From Macrostomum lignano (taxonomy: Eukaryota): DNA of 64,000 bases. Every line of letters starts with the position of its first letter. Positions within the stretch are counted from its first letter, which is position 1. Both the position numbers and the translations under genes were made by a program. Positions 38,307 to 52,697 of the stretch are shown piece by piece. The notes beneath the pieces were generated by a model, which searched no databases, was not told the origin of the DNA, and saw only the letters and a list, made by a program, of their open reading frames with translations. The stretch lies in NCBI GenBank assembly GCA_002269645.1, contig NIVC01000920.1, forward strand, positions 310,001 to 374,000, in the 5' to 3' direction.

Positions 38307-40570
38307 GTGAGTTTATCTTCGCTTCTTCTCTTGTACTAATTATTCAGCAGCTCCGCTCGCGGCCAACGTTATTTGGTGCTTGACTTGTGCACAGCCATGG
38401 GGGAGGGCCAACCCCCACCAAGGCACAGAGATTGTACATGCTTGACGATTAGAACGTCAGGGCCGCTGTACACCCCGTGTGCGCGCTTGCCTGTGCTCAA
38501 GAGTCAGCGGAATGGGCAGATTTGCCTCTCGGGGTTGGTTGCATGATGATGTCGGCGCGAAGACGTTGCGCCAGGATGCCTGCAACGAGGATAAAAACAG
38601 GAAAAACAGGACCGAAATTTGAGTTGAACTGACAAGGGCCGACTTCCGATTAAACTGTTGAATAGAGCCTGGGATCATGTCCTAATTATTTCAATCAATT
38701 AATTTTCCATTACGGATATGAAATTTTTTCGCCCGCATCCTTGATTTGAAACCAAGAGATCCGAGATATATTTTTTACAGTTGGGAAATAAAATTTCGCC
38801 TCGGGATCTAGGCTTAAATCAATAACAATAATTAGCGACTCAAATTGCAAAAATGGGAGCTAAAACGGGGCTTATCTCTCACGCAGCTCAGGCCCATCTC
38901 TTGATGAAGAAATGTTGAAACTGGCCGATAAGCGCACCTACAGGCACCCAACACTTTCCTACACAGCAAATCTCGATCAAGCTTGCAAACACATTAGATT
39001 AACAAATCTTTGACTAACACACCTGGGCAATTTCTGAGAATTATGGCAACTACGATACACACACCTTTATTAGAAACAGATCTAGCTGTGATAAACACAA
39101 CTTGGCACTTTCCGAGAGACTTATCTCAACTATCTGTGATAAACACAGCTCAATTATCCATCCATGTTTCCGTAAAAACATATTTCAACACCCTATGAGT
39201 AGCGCATGCATTTCAACTCTACCATTTCTGAGACCCAGATCGTGAACACTGCCAGTTACTCTGAACTTGTTCCTGGTTGCTAGAAAAGTACAGCGTTGTA
39301 GATTTTCCGCGGCCTGCGAGACGAAAGAATCGAAATCGGCGGCTTAACTGCATCGTCTTACTAAGCTAAGCGATAGCGTCTTGTCGATAGCCGTTCGCCA
39401 TCGTTGGAGTTGCAGTTCTCTATCAGTCCACTTGATGCTGCCTTGACATATAACTGCCTATACTCGTAGCATAAGGCGAGATTTCTGTAGAATATCTCGC
39501 TATCTGCCTCTTTATTTGATCTCGCACCGAACACGACCCGCTTCTCCAGTCATCCGTTGGAGAAGCTCTCATTTCTCAGCCCACTCGCTACATCACAAGA
39601 GACAATCGGCTAAAAAGAGACTCACGAAGAGCTGCTTCCTGATCGAGGCAAAATGCTCAACAAGCCGCTAGAATGTCACGGATATGCTATTTTTAGTTTA
39701 TAGAAGATGCACTTTAAGAGTTTGCACTGGCTGGAGGAACAGAGCTTTCCAGTCAATTAGTTAATCAAGACAGTAGGGACTGAGAGTAAGTCTTAATCTA
39801 TCAAATCGAGCTCTCGACAAAGATAAGCCACTTAGTACTTAGTATTCCTTTACTCTTTAGTGGGACAAGCCTCTAAGAATTATCAGGAAATACAGTGTAT
39901 AGGCACTCAAACTTGTGTACTATGATGCAGTGGCATATGCAGTTGAAGGTTGAGTGTGCTGAGTTGCGTGCGTACATGTACTACCACATTTGAGCGCCTA
40001 GTCGAAAAATGAACTACCGAGTATTTTCCAATTTTAATAGTTTGAATGCCAAGCCATTTTGTCCGCCCGTCAAGACCACACGTCAGACCAAATGTGTCTG
40101 CATCAGCTCTATGTTCGTTGGTCTATGGCCACTTGTGCCACCTGTGCCACACGTTGAAGGTCTAGAAGCTCCGCTTGGGGAAGGCCAGTGACCAACGATG
40201 TCAGAACTGATGCAGACACGTGTGGTCCACGTGCTGATGAAATTTGCCGGCTTGAAAAGCCCGCACTGAGGCGCAGTGCTGTATTGAACACACTAGCGCT
40301 TATGGGAAAAAATCCGACCTTCTGGAAGAATCGTTGAATATCTCGACGGTCCGGAAAACTGGCGATTTGGCTCTTGTTTGAAAAAGTGCGCAACAAAAAG
40401 TCAGCCCGTATCCTTGAATTTCGTGTGCCTGCAAAAAATTGTCGGAGGGGAAATCCCCATTCCCCTTTGGTAGCTTAAATAGCTTTACTTTTTGTTGAAA
40501 TGCAATGAATGCAATCTTTTCTTGGAAATTTTTTATATCGGTCTTTTTTAATTTCAGCAGCTCCGACTTC

Positions 40571-41227
40571 ATGCCCGAACAGAGCTGCGACTATCGAGTG
40601 GCCGTGTTCGGTTCCGCCGGAGTCGGCAAGTCCTCCCTGGTGCAACGGTTTATTCGCGGCACATTCAAGGAGGCCTACACGCCTACAGTTGAGGACACGT
40701 ACCGCCAGGTTATTAGCAATGATAAACAGGTGTGTACGCTGCAGATCACGGACACAACCGGTTCGCACCAGTTCCCGGCAATGATGCGACTCAGCATGAG
40801 CAAGGGTCACGCGTTTGTCCTCGTTTACTCGGTGACCGCTCGGGCCAGCCTGATCGAGCTGAATACAGTGGTCACTGAGCTGCGCGAGATCAAAGGCGCC
40901 GACATTGCCAGCATGCCGGTGATGCTAGTGGCGAATAAGTGCGACGAACCGGCCAGCAGCCGGGAGGTGAGCCGCGACGCCGGAGCTGCCGTGGCCGCCA
41001 GATGGAACTGCGGCTTCATTGAGACGTCGGCCAAGGAGAACGTGAACGTCAGCGAAGCCTTCGTCCAGCTACTGCGCATGGACAAGGAGCGCGACATGGC
41101 GCTGCTGTGTGAGGCCGCCTGGCAGCAGCCCTTAGCAACATCCGGCGCCTCGTCCGGTGGAGGCCGCGGCAGCGGTAGCGGCTCAACAAATCGCAGATCG
41201 GGCAGTCGAAAGTGCGCCCTCATGTAG
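40571..41227 (+). CDS. DIRAS: Di-Ras (DIRAS1/2-like) small GTPase
   Basis: [51 protein letters not shown]-terminal CAAX (CALM); the first in-frame ATG matching the family start is at 40571. Confidence 0.95.
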   Translation: MPEQSCDYRVAVFGSAGVGKSSLVQRFIRGTFKEAYTPTVEDTYRQVISNDKQVCTLQITDTTGSHQFPAMMRLSMSKGHAFVLVYSVTARASLIELNTVVTELREIKGADIASMPVMLVANKCDEPASSREVSRDAGAAVAARWNCGFIETSAKENVNVSEAFVQLLRMDKERDMALLCEAAWQQPLATSGASSGGGRGSGSGSTNRRSGSRKCALM

Positions 41228-43069
41228 CAGAAAAGCATTCATTGCCCTACTTGTCTGTATGTGTGTGTGTGTGATATTGTGTTGTGTTTTCCACTGAGCG
41301 TGACACGGTCAGACAAGACACTTTTCATCTCTTCAGCTCTTGTCTTACTCTTTTTAGACTAGCCTTCGTAGAAAGGAAAAAGTTCCTGCTTGCGAAAGCG
41401 AATTGCGAACGTGCCGTTTCCAGAATGCGAGCCAATATTCAAGTCACGTGCTTGTTCAAAAAGATGTGTCGAAAAGTTGTTTACCAGATTTGTATATAAC
41501 TATATATTTTTGTTGAATTGCGACCCTGTAACTACGGCAACTTTGGAAAAAATTCCCACGATAAATTGAGAGAGGGCACTCTAGCTTGTTTGTTGAGCTG
41601 GTCGTTGCTATTCTACATGTAATACTTGAGTAAAAATTAAATAAATCATCTATTTTTAATCCTCCAGAAGTCGTAGAGCATCTCTGTGTCATGACAGAAA
41701 TATAACAAACTATAATTTTGTCTAAAGGCTACTAAAGGCTTCTAAATTTTTTAAGACGATTCACACACCATCTATAGTGATCAAGTCACCTAATGGGCCG
41801 TATGCAGAAAGCTTAGTCCCGGGACTGGGTAGTTCAGTATACGGTTTTGAAATCGGTATGCACAAAACCAAGTCGAGACCAATCTAGTCAGGCTAGACCG
41901 AACGCGCAACTTAGGCGAAATTTTTAAGGGATTCCCGCTGTCTATGGTCCAAACTGATACATTTCTTGAAGAGGAGACAGATAATTAGATAGCCAGAATA
42001 AAGAAGATAGCCGCTCCATTGCGCATCTAGAAGAGAACCGTAGAGATACGAGCTAGATCACTGTTGCAGAAGATCCTCGAGTAGTGAACTGACCCAATTC
42101 ACTGCCCAGTTGACCTCAAGAAAGGTGTTCTGTATCTGGCATCAAAAAGGGCCTGGACATTAATTAATCGAATGGTAGTTCTTTTAGTTGACAAATTCGT
42201 CCGGAAATCGGATAGCAATAGCACCGATTACATGAAGCAGTTGACAAATTTCGTGAAACCACATTGAGATGCGTGCCCGCTTGACACTTGCGGATGGAAA
42301 GCTGATGTTAAATAGAATTCTCTGATTCAACGCCACTTCCCAGTAAATCGGGACAGAGTGGTTCTGGTTGATCCCTCCGAGAGCAGCCAGGTTCTGCTGA
42401 AAGCTGCCAGTACCAAGATACGGAGCGTGTTATTACGGATACAATGTTGTATAGTTGCATCTCATTGAGGATTTAACAATGACATGAATGATGTGATTGC
42501 TGTAAGTAGCTGACTTAATTTGGCTGTTTTGACAGCAGTTGTGCGGATGTACAAGCTAACCAAAAGTTAAGCCAAGAATCCGGCTTATTGACGAAACAAG
42601 AATGCAGCAATACTACATGCAGTTCTATGCAGACACACAATGGCACAAAACAGTATTGTAGCATCCAAGTAGCAAATTTCTTAGAGTCTCTGCCTATTGG
42701 CCTGACTATGAATGACGAGACAGCTAAATAGAACTATTCAATGCATGCAGAAGGGTCAATGCAGATTGAATGTTTATTATTCATCATTTCTGATAAGCTT
42801 GTAGCTATAGGCCTATTTTTGTCCTGGCAAAACGTCAAAATACGCATGTACACCTGTATATCAAGTGCAATATATGCAAGGACTACTCAAGTTTCTTGAA
42901 AAGTATTAGAAGACAGGTTTTACCGAAAAAATACACCAGGAAGAATAGTTTTTCATTTCTACAGCACACAATTTCTAATTGCTTTTGATAGGACGCCGAA
43001 CATATTTTTTGATATGACGCGCCTTTCTTATATCTCTATTGAAACTCGAGCTTTTTGTTTAGAAAAACG

Positions 43070-43975
43070 CAACAACAACAACAAAATACGCGGCCCCGCG
43101 TGTCAGGTCGCTGCATGTCAGGTGGCAGAGCATGAAAGCGGACGAAGTCCGCCCCGTTTTTAATTGGCAGTGTCGGGCGCCCAGCGAGGCATGGGAGGCA
43201 GTCCACGTATCGACAGGTTTGGGCCTGACCCCACCTGAACGGGCCCTGCAAGGTGAGCAGCAGAATGTCCTGAACAGGTTGGGGGGCAGTATAGCCCTCT
43301 ACCCGAATAACGTGGACCGCCAGTTGAATTAGCCGCCGGGGCAGGATGATGGAGGAGCGCTACAGCTTGGCCTGATCGTACAGGGTCCCGGTCCCAACGC
43401 TCTCGTTAGCTCCAAAGGCCGCACGGAGCAGGTCTGAGTGCGCCGAATCCAACTGCCGCTCCAGCGTAGCAGTCAGCGTCAACGTCTCGGAGTTGTATAG
43501 CTGGACTGCTTCGACCACCGACTGCCACAGCCGAGCTAGGACAGCTCGGATCGAACGGAAGGCCGCCCAGGCAAGTCCTCTGCGCCGCCGGAGGTCTTCG
43601 TCCACGTGAGACACCAGACTGCCGAGGTAAGATGAACTGCTGGCAGCGTGCGAGCGTGGTCGTCTGCCCGCCTGCGCCTCAGCCTGTGCGCTGGGATGTC
43701 GGCCAGCACAGTTCAGCCTGTTGACAACCATGCAGCTAGACGCTCGATGCCACCTCGACCAGCCTGTCGATCTGGCGCTGGACGCGCCTTCAACGGACGA
43801 GAACAGGAGGGGGAGGTCGTCGGTGTAGCCACCCCGCACGCTCAGGCGCATTTTCGCAGTGGCGGCGACCGATGCGTCTGCGAAGCAGAAAGCCGTCGTC
43901 ACCCGAGGGGGGAGTGTGGTCCGAAGCACCCTGCAGTGATCAGGAGCAGCGAGGAACGGCACTAGCAGCATGTCG
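43070..43975 (-). mobile_element. 5'-truncated, degenerate RTE LINE
   Basis: SYLGSLV...RRRGLAWAAFRSI...LYNSETLTLT..LERQLDS; ends in a (TTG)n tail near 43070-43085. Confidence 0.75.
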
Positions 43976-44854
43976 TCGAATAAAAAATTAAATATAGAAT
44001 CCCACTTTTTAACGAAAAACTTTATTAATATCAGCAGAGCTATAAGAAAGGCACAAAAAATGGAACAGTCTCTGTCTCCCCTATCGAATTAAGCAACTTT
44101 TTCTGTGCTGAAAAATTGAAAACTTCCTATCTCCATAGTGCAATTTTTCGGAAAAACCTGCCTCCTAAAATTTCCAAGAAACGAGGTTACCCATCTTTCT
44201 ACTTGAGTAGTCCTAGGAATTTACTGGTAGTTTTTCTATTATTTTCTATAATAGAAGTAGGTTCTATTTGCATGTACAGTGTAATTCGAGTAGTCCTGAG
44301 TCTACATGTATGTGCGTGATCATTATTATGTTAAAGAAGGCTGCATGTACATTATAAATTTAGATTTCATGAACATTGTGAGATTAACGAAATCCAACAC
44401 ACAATATGTACATGTACTCGTACATTTCGCTACAAAAAGAAACACATGAAAGAAAATTAAGTTCCGTTTAACTGCACTGCATCTGTTTAATGCAATTATT
44501 AGCGCCATTGAAAGAATGGTTTTGCCATGGAACACGCGGCCGAGCGAAGCCAAGGTTTTACTGGATAAACCACGTGAAAAATCCGCAGGAGTTTGTATTT
44601 AAATTATTGGTTGGACCTAAAAGTTAAGTTTTTACAACAGATGCAATAATTTTTAAACCCTTTCTGGCAGTGCAATGGATCATAAGTAAGTTACATCTTT
44701 TTGTTATAATAACCACTTTTCGTGTTGCATCGACGCCATTTAGATTCTTGGAAAGTTTATTGGTAGCGCGTTTTATAAAGGTTTTTTTTCGCTTCTAAGT
44801 TAGTAACAACTTTCTTTCGTTATAGCTTAACCAGTTAAAATTGTCAATAGGAAG

Positions 44855-45080
44855 ATGCATTTATACAACTTAACACTACAGCGTGCGTCAATTATAACGC
44901 ACGCCATCAATGGAAACTTTTCAGGAACAAAAAACCAAGAAATTATTCTGGCAAAAGGAAAGATTATTGAGCTTTTGCGACCAGATCCTAATACTGGCAA
45001 AGTTTTTGTCATTCTACAAACAGAGGTTTTTGGTGTAATTCGATCCCTCATGCCATTTAGGCTCACTGGTGGAAGCAAAG
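44855..45080 (+). CDS. SF3B3: SF3B3/SAP130 exon 1
   Basis: MHLYNLTLQRAS...ELLRPDPNTGKV...EVFGVIRSLMPFRLTGGSK; GTAAT donor, phase 1. Confidence 0.95.
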
Positions 45081-45915
45081 GTAATTTTTTAATATTTGAG
45101 TCCTTAGTTGTTGCACTGTCTTGACTTAAAGCTTTTGTTTTGTAAAGTTTTTTACATTGACTTGAGTAATAGTTTAATTTCAAAAATCTGGATTTACTTT
45201 CTAGCATTCTGTTGGTAAAAATGTGCTTTTGAAATAATTTTTTAATTTCTTCCTAGTTTTAATTTTATGCCTAATATTAATAATTTATAAATGATATAAT
45301 AATCTCATTCTCAAAATATGAAAATACTCTGATTTAAAATTAACATACAAAAAGCAAACTGGCATGTATGCACAACCCTCCTGATGGCATTAAAACTAGC
45401 AATTACAATATATAAACCTTTTATAAGAGTTTTTTCTTTTAAAAAAGTTTAATATTTTTATTTTAATAGTAAAATTAAAACAATAAAAATATAAAATAAG
45501 TATTTGATGATAAAAAAATTGAGTTGCTCAGTTCAAATGAGACTTGTAGAATTTAAAATTTGTTTTATTTTTTTATAGACAAAAGTTTAGTTTTTAAATT
45601 CTTAACTTAAGAATTTTTGAATAAAATATAGGCCCTAGGTATATCAATAAACCACAGGGCTTACATAGTTATTTTTGTGCTAGTTCATTTTTTCATTGGT
45701 TTTTAGAAAAGGCTTATACCATATATTTCTATTTTTTAATGTTTTCTAATTTTTAATGAGCTATTATTTTTATTCTTAAAAATTTTAATATCTAATTCTA
45801 TGATTATGAATTTAAATATTAGGTCTAATGCTTGAACTTTTTTCTTGTAGTCTAAAAGATAGCTTTTAAATTAGAAAATTTTAGCCTTTTTTAGCCCTTA
45901 TTAAGAACCTTGATA

Positions 45916-46500
45916 CCATAGTCAGGATGATGTACATTACGCCAGAAATTTCCAGCATACAATTGAAATTTTACTTTTTTTGGCGTACAATTGGCGTAAA
46001 AAATGAGGCAAAATATATTTGGCGTACCTTTTGGCGTGACGCTGTGGCGTAAATACACCAAGCAGCGTACGCCAACTCCAACCTTCACACCAAAGTTAAT
46101 ATTAACAATTGTTGACATAATGCCGTAACCTCAGAATCTTATTATAAAATCATAAAAACTGTAAAACTTGTAAGATGAAAGTTCAAAACTATTCGTGATT
46201 TATAAAAATGTAAAATTCCACACAAACTAAGTGTGTTAATTTTCTAAAAAAATTAAACAAAAAATTGATTTTTGTTGGCATTATCTATAAGCCAATTTAC
46301 TTTAAATGAAAACCACACATTTGTTAAATTTTTATTGTTAAAAATGTGTAACACACAAAAAAGGTCATTTATTGTTGCAAAGCCTAGAAAACCTAGCGTA
46401 AGTTCCTAGGACCTTGGCGTATGTTTCAGTATGAAGTGGCATAGATTTTTTTAGGGGACTTTTTATTCCGGCATATACCATGACATGATCCTGACTATGG
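45916..46500. mobile_element. 585-bp MITE in SF3B3 intron 1
   Basis: TIRs CCATAGTCAGGAT / ATCCTGACTATGG; 8-bp TSD CCTTGATA at 45908-45915 and 46501-46508. Confidence 0.85.
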
Positions 46501-47870
46501 CCTTGATATAAATAAATAAATAGATAAATAGAAAGATCCTAGAGACAGACTTTTAGCATTCATATGCTCACAAAAAGCTCAGAGGGGCAAGACATAGCAT
46601 TAAGAAAGGTGAGGTAAGATAGCCTAAAGGTCACTAGCAAAGGTCTTTAGAAGTGTCTCAGTGTATGCATGTCCATGACAATATAGGTTGCATGATGGAT
46701 TGAGCATGATGGTAGCAAGGGGGTTTATTTCTCCTTACATCTATAGCTAAGTAGCAGGTGGCTAATAAGAGAAGTTGCTATCTGTATTTTGAGTATAGAG
46801 GTCACTTAGTAGGATGTTAGAGCAAGCAGTGAGTGTGTAGTTTGATAGCCTTTTAGGATAGCAAAAGTTGAGAGCAAATTGCAACAAAGCTCTGAATGTG
46901 GCATTGAGAGCCTAGTTGCAAGATTCTATGACCATCAGAGCTTTGAGACCATAGAGAAAAATTAGTTCCATAGCAGCTTCGCAAATCCTGATCTTAAGTT
47001 GGTTAGGCATAGGCAAACTAAAGATAGAGCTCAGTTGCCAAGCAGCTCTCCAGGCTTGTGCATGGTAGTTGATGATGATGTTGTCCAAAGAGAGACCACT
47101 AGCAAGCCAAGGTAGTGGAAATCCAAGCAGTAAAAGATTTTGTCACCATTTGGGAATGTGAGAGCAAGTAGGTTGCTGATGCCAATGTTAATGCTTCTCA
47201 CAAGATGTATAGTCTTGCAGGCATTCACCTTGGTATACATTAGTCATATGGAATATGCAAGTTCTATATATATAGAATTTTCAAGTCCAACATTGGCATA
47301 TAGTTTGTGTACAAATCTAGGGCTCCAAACTTAGGTTTTTAATTCTAGGTTTATTTTTTGTATAATAGGGATGTTATATCATCCTGACTTTCAAAGTCAT
47401 ATCCTTAGATTAGACCTTGGGTGCAATTTCACATCCTATCACTAGCAAAAACACAGGCTAACAAAGAGCTAATAAAGATAAAGGTAAATATGAAAGGTAT
47501 TGCCTATCAAGCTTACTGACAAATTTTAGAGTTGAACTATGTTTTCAATATATGATTTACTTAAAAGCAGATAGGGCCTACCATTATTGTAATTTTGATT
47601 CTTATAATCTTATTAAACTAAAAAGTTACACTTAAAAACTGCCATAGACCTCTAAGTCTAACTTTGAACCCTAGAAAAAAGATTTTAAAGCTTGTCTAAG
47701 AACTGTAACTGTGATTTATTGAGTGGCCAATATTACTAAAATGCGAAATATGCATTCCTGTAACCATATCTGTAACTATGACAACATTTTAAGTTACAAT
47801 AACTTATTTTTGTGTTGACAAATTGCTAGTCTTACTACAAGCAACTCGCCTCGCTCACACCCAAACGCAG

Positions 47871-48158
47871 ACTTCATAGTGGTTGGCTCAGACTCCGGTC
47901 GGATCGTCATCCTGGAGTACAATCCCACTAGGAATCAGTTCGAGAAGCTGCACCAGGAGACATTTGGCAAGAGCGGCTGCCGCAGAATCGTGCCCGGCCA
48001 GTACCTGGCCGTGGATCCGAAGGGTCGCGCCGTTATGATTGGCGCTATTGAGAAGCAGAAGCTGGTGTACATTCTTAATAGAGACTCGCAGGCCAGGCTG
48101 ACCATCTCCAGTCCACTGGAGGCTTTTAAGTCTCACACGCTTGTCTACCACATGGTTG
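47871..48158 (+). CDS. SF3B3: SF3B3 exon 2
   Basis: [16 protein letters not shown]...[27 protein letters not shown]; canonical splice sites. Confidence 0.95.
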
Positions 48159-48219
48159 GTGAGTGACTCAAAGGTTTACTGTGGCGAGCCCTAATGTATC
48201 TTAAAAAATTCTCATCTAT

Positions 48220-49720
48220 CCCACAATCCCTCAGTCCCAGAATCCCCAGTCCCAGAATCCCTCAGTCCCAGAATCCCCAGTCCCAGAATCCCTCAGTCCC
48301 AGAATCCCTCAGTCCCAGAGTCCCTCAGTCCCAGAATCCCTCAGTCCCAGAGTCCCTCAGTCCCAGAATTCTTTAGTCCCAAAATCCCCAGTCCCAGAAT
48401 CCCCCAGCCCCACAATCCCCAGTCCCAGAATCCCCCAGCCCCACAATCCCCAGTCCCAGAATCCCCCAGCCCCACAATCCCCAGCCCCAGAATCCCCCAG
48501 TCCTACAATCCCCAGTCCCAGGATCCCCCAGTCCTACAATCCCCAGTCCCAGAATCCCCCAGCCCCACAATCCCCAGCCCCAGAATCCCCCAGTCCTACA
48601 ATCCCCAGTCCCAGGATCCCCCAGTCCTACAATCCCCAGTCCCAGAATCCCCCAGTCCTACAATCCCCAGTCCCAGAATCCCCCAGTCCTACAATCCCCA
48701 GTCCCAGAATCCCCCAGCCCCACAATCCCCAGCCCCAGAATCCCCCAGCCCTACAATCCCCAGTCCCAGAATCCCCCAGCCCCACAATCCCCAGCCCCAG
48801 AATCCCCCAGCCCTACAATCCCCAGTCCCAGAATCCCCCAGTCCTACAATCCCCAGTCCCAGAATCCCCCAGTCCAACAATCCCCAGTCCCAGAATCCCC
48901 CAGTCCTTCAATCCCCAGTCCCAGAATCCCCCAGTCCTACAATCCCCAGTCCCAGAATCCCCCAGTCCTACAATCCCCAGTCCTACAATCCCCAGTCCCA
49001 GAATCCCCCAGTCCTACAATCCCCAGTCCCAGAATCCCCCAGTCCAACAATCCCCAGTCCCAGAATCCCCCAGTCCTTCAATCCCCAGCCCCACAATCCC
49101 CAGCCCCAGAATCCCCCAGTCCTACAATCCCCAGTCCCAGGATCCCCCAGTCCTACAATCCCCAGTCCCAGAATCCCCCAGCCCCACAATCCCCAGCCCC
49201 AGAATCCCCCAGTCCTACAATCCCCAGTCCCAGGATCCCCCAGTCCTACAATCCCCAGTCCCAGAATCCCCCAGTCCTACAATCCCCAGTCCCAGAATCC
49301 CCCAGTCCTACAATCCCCAGTCCCAGAATCCCCCAGCCCCACAATCCCCAGCCCCAGAATCCCCCAGCCCTACAATCCCCAGTCCCAGAATCCCCCAGCC
49401 CCACAATCCCCAGCCCCAGAATCCCCCAGCCCTACAATCCCCAGTCCCAGAATCCCCCAGTCCCAGAATCCCCCAGTCCAACAATCCCCAGTCCCAGAAT
49501 CCCCCAGTCCTTCAATCCCCAGTCCCAGAATCCCCCAGTCCTACAATCCCCAGTCCCAGAATCCCCCAGTCCTACAATCCCCAGTCCTACAATCCCCAGT
49601 CCTACAATCCCCAGTCCCAGAATCCCCCAGTCCTACATTCCCCAGTCCCAGAATCCCCCAGTCCAACAATCCCCAGTCCCAGAATCCCCCAGTCCTTCAA
49701 TCCCCAGTCCCAGAATCCCG
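48220..49720. repeat. C-rich minisatellite (CCCCAGTCCCAGAATC/CTACAATC) filling SF3B3 intron 2
   Basis: Directly visible. Confidence 0.95.
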
Positions 49721-49762
49721 CAGTCCACAATCGCACAGTCCTTTACCCCCGCCGACCCTCAG

Positions 49763-50169
49763 GCATGGACGTGGGCTACGAGAATCCGATGTTCGCCTGC
49801 ATCGAGATGGACTTCGAAGAGGCCGACACGGACACTAGCGGAGAGGCAGCTCAGAAGGCGCTGCAGCACCTGACCTACTACGAACTGGACCTCGGCCTCA
49901 ACCACGTGGTCCGCAAGTACTCGGAGCCGTTGGAGGAGCACGCCAACTTCCTCATCTGCGTGCCCGGCGGCCAAGAAGGCCCCAGCGGCCTGCTAGTCTG
50001 CTCGGAAAACTACATCACCTATAAGCACTCTGGCGACCAGCCCGATATTCGAATCCCGTTGCCTAGGCGACGCAACGATTTGGACGATCCCGATAGGTCT
50101 GTCATGCTGGTGTGCGCCGCTTCTCACAAGACTAAAACCATGTTCTTCTTTCTGGTGCAGACTGAGCAG
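49763..50169 (+). CDS. SF3B3: SF3B3 exon 3
   Basis: MDVGYENPMFACIE...YELDLGLNHVVRK...FFFLVQTEQ; GTAAAG donor. Confidence 0.95.
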
Positions 50170-50259
50170 GTAAAGCCATTTGCTTTCAGGTTTTGGTTCT
50201 TCCCTTTACTCACCTCTCCCTCTCGCCTGCCCCTCCGCCCATCGTACACTGACTTTCGC

Positions 50260-51005
50260 CTTCTCTCCGTTTCCTCCCTCGTCTTCTCCCCGTCTCCCCT
50301 CTCGCCTTCTCCCCGTCTCCCCTCTCGTCTTCTCCCCGTCTCCCTCTCGCCTTCTCCCCGTCTCCTCCATCGCCTTCTCTCCGTCTCACCCCGCCTTCTC
50401 TCCGTTTCCTCCCTCGCCTTCTCCCCGTCTCCCCTCTCGCCTTCTCCCCGTCTCCCTCTCGCCTTCTCCCCGTCTCCTCCATCGCCTTCTCTCCGTCTCA
50501 CCCCGCCTTCTCTCCGTTTCCTCCCTCGCCTTCTCCCCGTCTCCCCTCTCGCCTTCTCCCCGTCTCCCTCTCGCCTTCTCCCCGTCTCCCTCTCGTCTTC
50601 TCCCCGTCTCCCTCTCGTCTTCTCCCCGTCTCCCTCTCGTCTTCTCCCCGTCTCCCTCTCGTCTTCTCCCCGTCTCCCTCTCGTCTTCTCCCCGTCTCCC
50701 CTCTTGTCTTCTCCCCGTCTCCCTCTCGTCTTCTCCCCGTCTCCCTCTCGTCTTCTCCCCGTCTCCCTCTCGTCTTCTCCCCGTCTCCCCTCTTGTCTTC
50801 TCCCCGTCTCCCTCTCGTCTTCTCCCCGTCTCCCTCTCGTCTTCTCCCCGTCTCCCTCTCGTCTTCTCCCCGTCTCCCCTCTTGTCTTCTCCCCGTCTCC
50901 CTCTCGCCTTCTCACCGTCTCCCTCTCGTCTTCTCCCCATCTCCCCTCTCGCCTTCTCACCGTCTCCCTCTCGTCTTCTCCCCGTCTCCCCTCTCGCCTT
51001 CTCTC
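50260..51005. repeat. Pyrimidine minisatellite (CTCCCCGTCTCCCTCTCGTCTT) in SF3B3 intron 3
   Basis: Directly visible. Confidence 0.95.
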
Positions 51006-51045
51006 CGTCTTGCTCACTATCAAGCTCAATTGAACTCCATCTCAG

Positions 51046-51354
51046 GGCGACGTGTTCAAACTGACGCTGGAAACAGACGAAGACTTGGTCACGGAGATCC
51101 GTCTGAAATACTTCGATACGGTGCCAGTAGCTGCCAGTATGTGCGTCCTCCGTACCGGCTTCCTGTTCGTGGCCTCGGAATTTGGCAACCACTATCTGTA
51201 CCAGATCGCTCATTTGGGCGACGACGATGAGCCGACGTTCTCTTCGGCGATACCGCTGGACCAGGGCGACACGTTCTACTTTGCGCCTAGGCCGCTGCGC
51301 AACCTGGTTATGGTTGACGAATTGGATAGCCTCTGCCCAGTGATGGACTGTCAG
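51046..51354 (+). CDS. SF3B3: SF3B3 exon 4
   Basis: GDVFKLTL...KYFDTVPVA...GFLFVASEFGNHYLYQI. Confidence 0.95.
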
Positions 51355-51631
51355 GTGGGTCTGAGCTGTGCGGCTCAATTATAGGGCATAGTGTACTTTT
51401 GGGTAATTGGTTAGATTAACATTGGCCGAAAGTTTAGTATGTGTTTTAGGGTGAAGTTTTGGCTATGTACTTTAGGGTGAGTTGTTCTATATGTACTTTA
51501 GGGTGAGTTGATGTACTTGAAGGCGAGTTGTTCTATATGTACTTTAGGAACAGTTGTTGGATATGTACTTTAGAGCAACGTGTCGATACGCTCTTTGCTC
51601 AACCCACCGTCCCTTCCCCCCGCAACCCCAG

Positions 51632-51952
51632 GTGGCGGACCTGGCCCGCGAGGACTCGGCCCAGCTGTTCACCCTGTGCGGCCGCGGTCCCCGGTCCTCG
51701 TTGCGCGTCCTTCGTCACGGCCTGGAGATCAGCGAGATGGCCGTGTCGGATCTGCCCGGCAGTCCCAACGCCGTCTGGACAGTGAAACGATTCAGCGATG
51801 AGGAGTTCGACTCCTACATTGTGGTGTCGTTCGTCAACGCCACCCTGGTGTTGAGCATCGGCGAAACCGTGGAGGAAGTCACCGATTCCGGATTCCTGGG
51901 CACCACGCCGACACTGCAGTGCGGCCAATTGGGTGCCGACGCTCTCGTGCAG
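51632..51952 (+). CDS. SF3B3: SF3B3 exon 5
   Basis: VADLAREDSAQL...LRHGLEISEMAVSDLPGSPNAVWTV. Confidence 0.95.
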
Positions 51953-52300
51953 GTGCGTAAACTGAATTGAGAATGTACGCTGGGATAGGGCGTCTAATGT
52001 ACAATTGTTGGAGGGCGTTCTAATGTACGCATGCTGAGGGCAAGAGATTGAACAGATTGAAATGTACACTGGGGGGTAAGACATTAAAATGTACATTGGG
52101 GTTAAAGAGTTTGTGTAGTGTGTACACTGGGGGTAAGGAGTCAGTGTACATTGGGGTAGGGAGTCAGTGTACATTGGGGTAAGGAGTCAGTGTACTGGGG
52201 TAAGGAGTCAGTGTACTGGTGTAAGGAGTCAATGTACATTGGGGTAGGGAGTCAGTGTACACTAGGCTTAATATTGGACATCTATGCCTGATCCCTGCAG

Positions 52301-52697
52301 GTGTACCCTGACGGCATTCGCCACATCCGGGCGGACAAGCGCATCAACGAATGGCGCGCACCTGGTAAGCGGATCATCGCCAGATGCGCCGTCAACCAAC
52401 GCCAGGTGGCCATCGCCCTGGCCGGCGGCGAGCTGGTGTACTTCGAGATGGACGCGGCCGGCCAGCTGAACGAGTACACCGAACGGAAGGACATGTCTGC
52501 AGATGTGGTCTGCATGGCTCTTGGCCGGGTGCCGCCCGGTGAGCAGCGCTGCCGGTTTCTCGCCGTGGGACTGTCGGACAACACCGTCCGGATCGTCAGC
52601 TTGGACCCGGCCGACTGCTTGGCGCCGCTCAGCCTGCAGGCGCTGCCAGCGCCGCCTGAGTCTCTGTGCCTGGCTCAGCTGGGATCTACTTTGTCAG
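52301..52697 (+). CDS. SF3B3: SF3B3 exon 6
   Basis: VYPDGIRHIRADKRINEW...GQLNEYTERK...RFLAVGLSDNTVRIVSLDP. Confidence 0.93.

Noticed and set aside
38890-38925. Hammerhead-like TGATGA...GAAA
   Set aside because: The core starts TTGATGA and stem II does not pair.
40505-40570. N-terminal extension of Di-Ras ([10 protein letters not shown]...)
   Set aside because: The region is a polypyrimidine/AG acceptor; family homology starts at MPEQ (40571).
50124-51378. R/G/E-rich and S/P/L-rich ORFs
   Set aside because: They derive from the SF3B3 intron 3 minisatellite.
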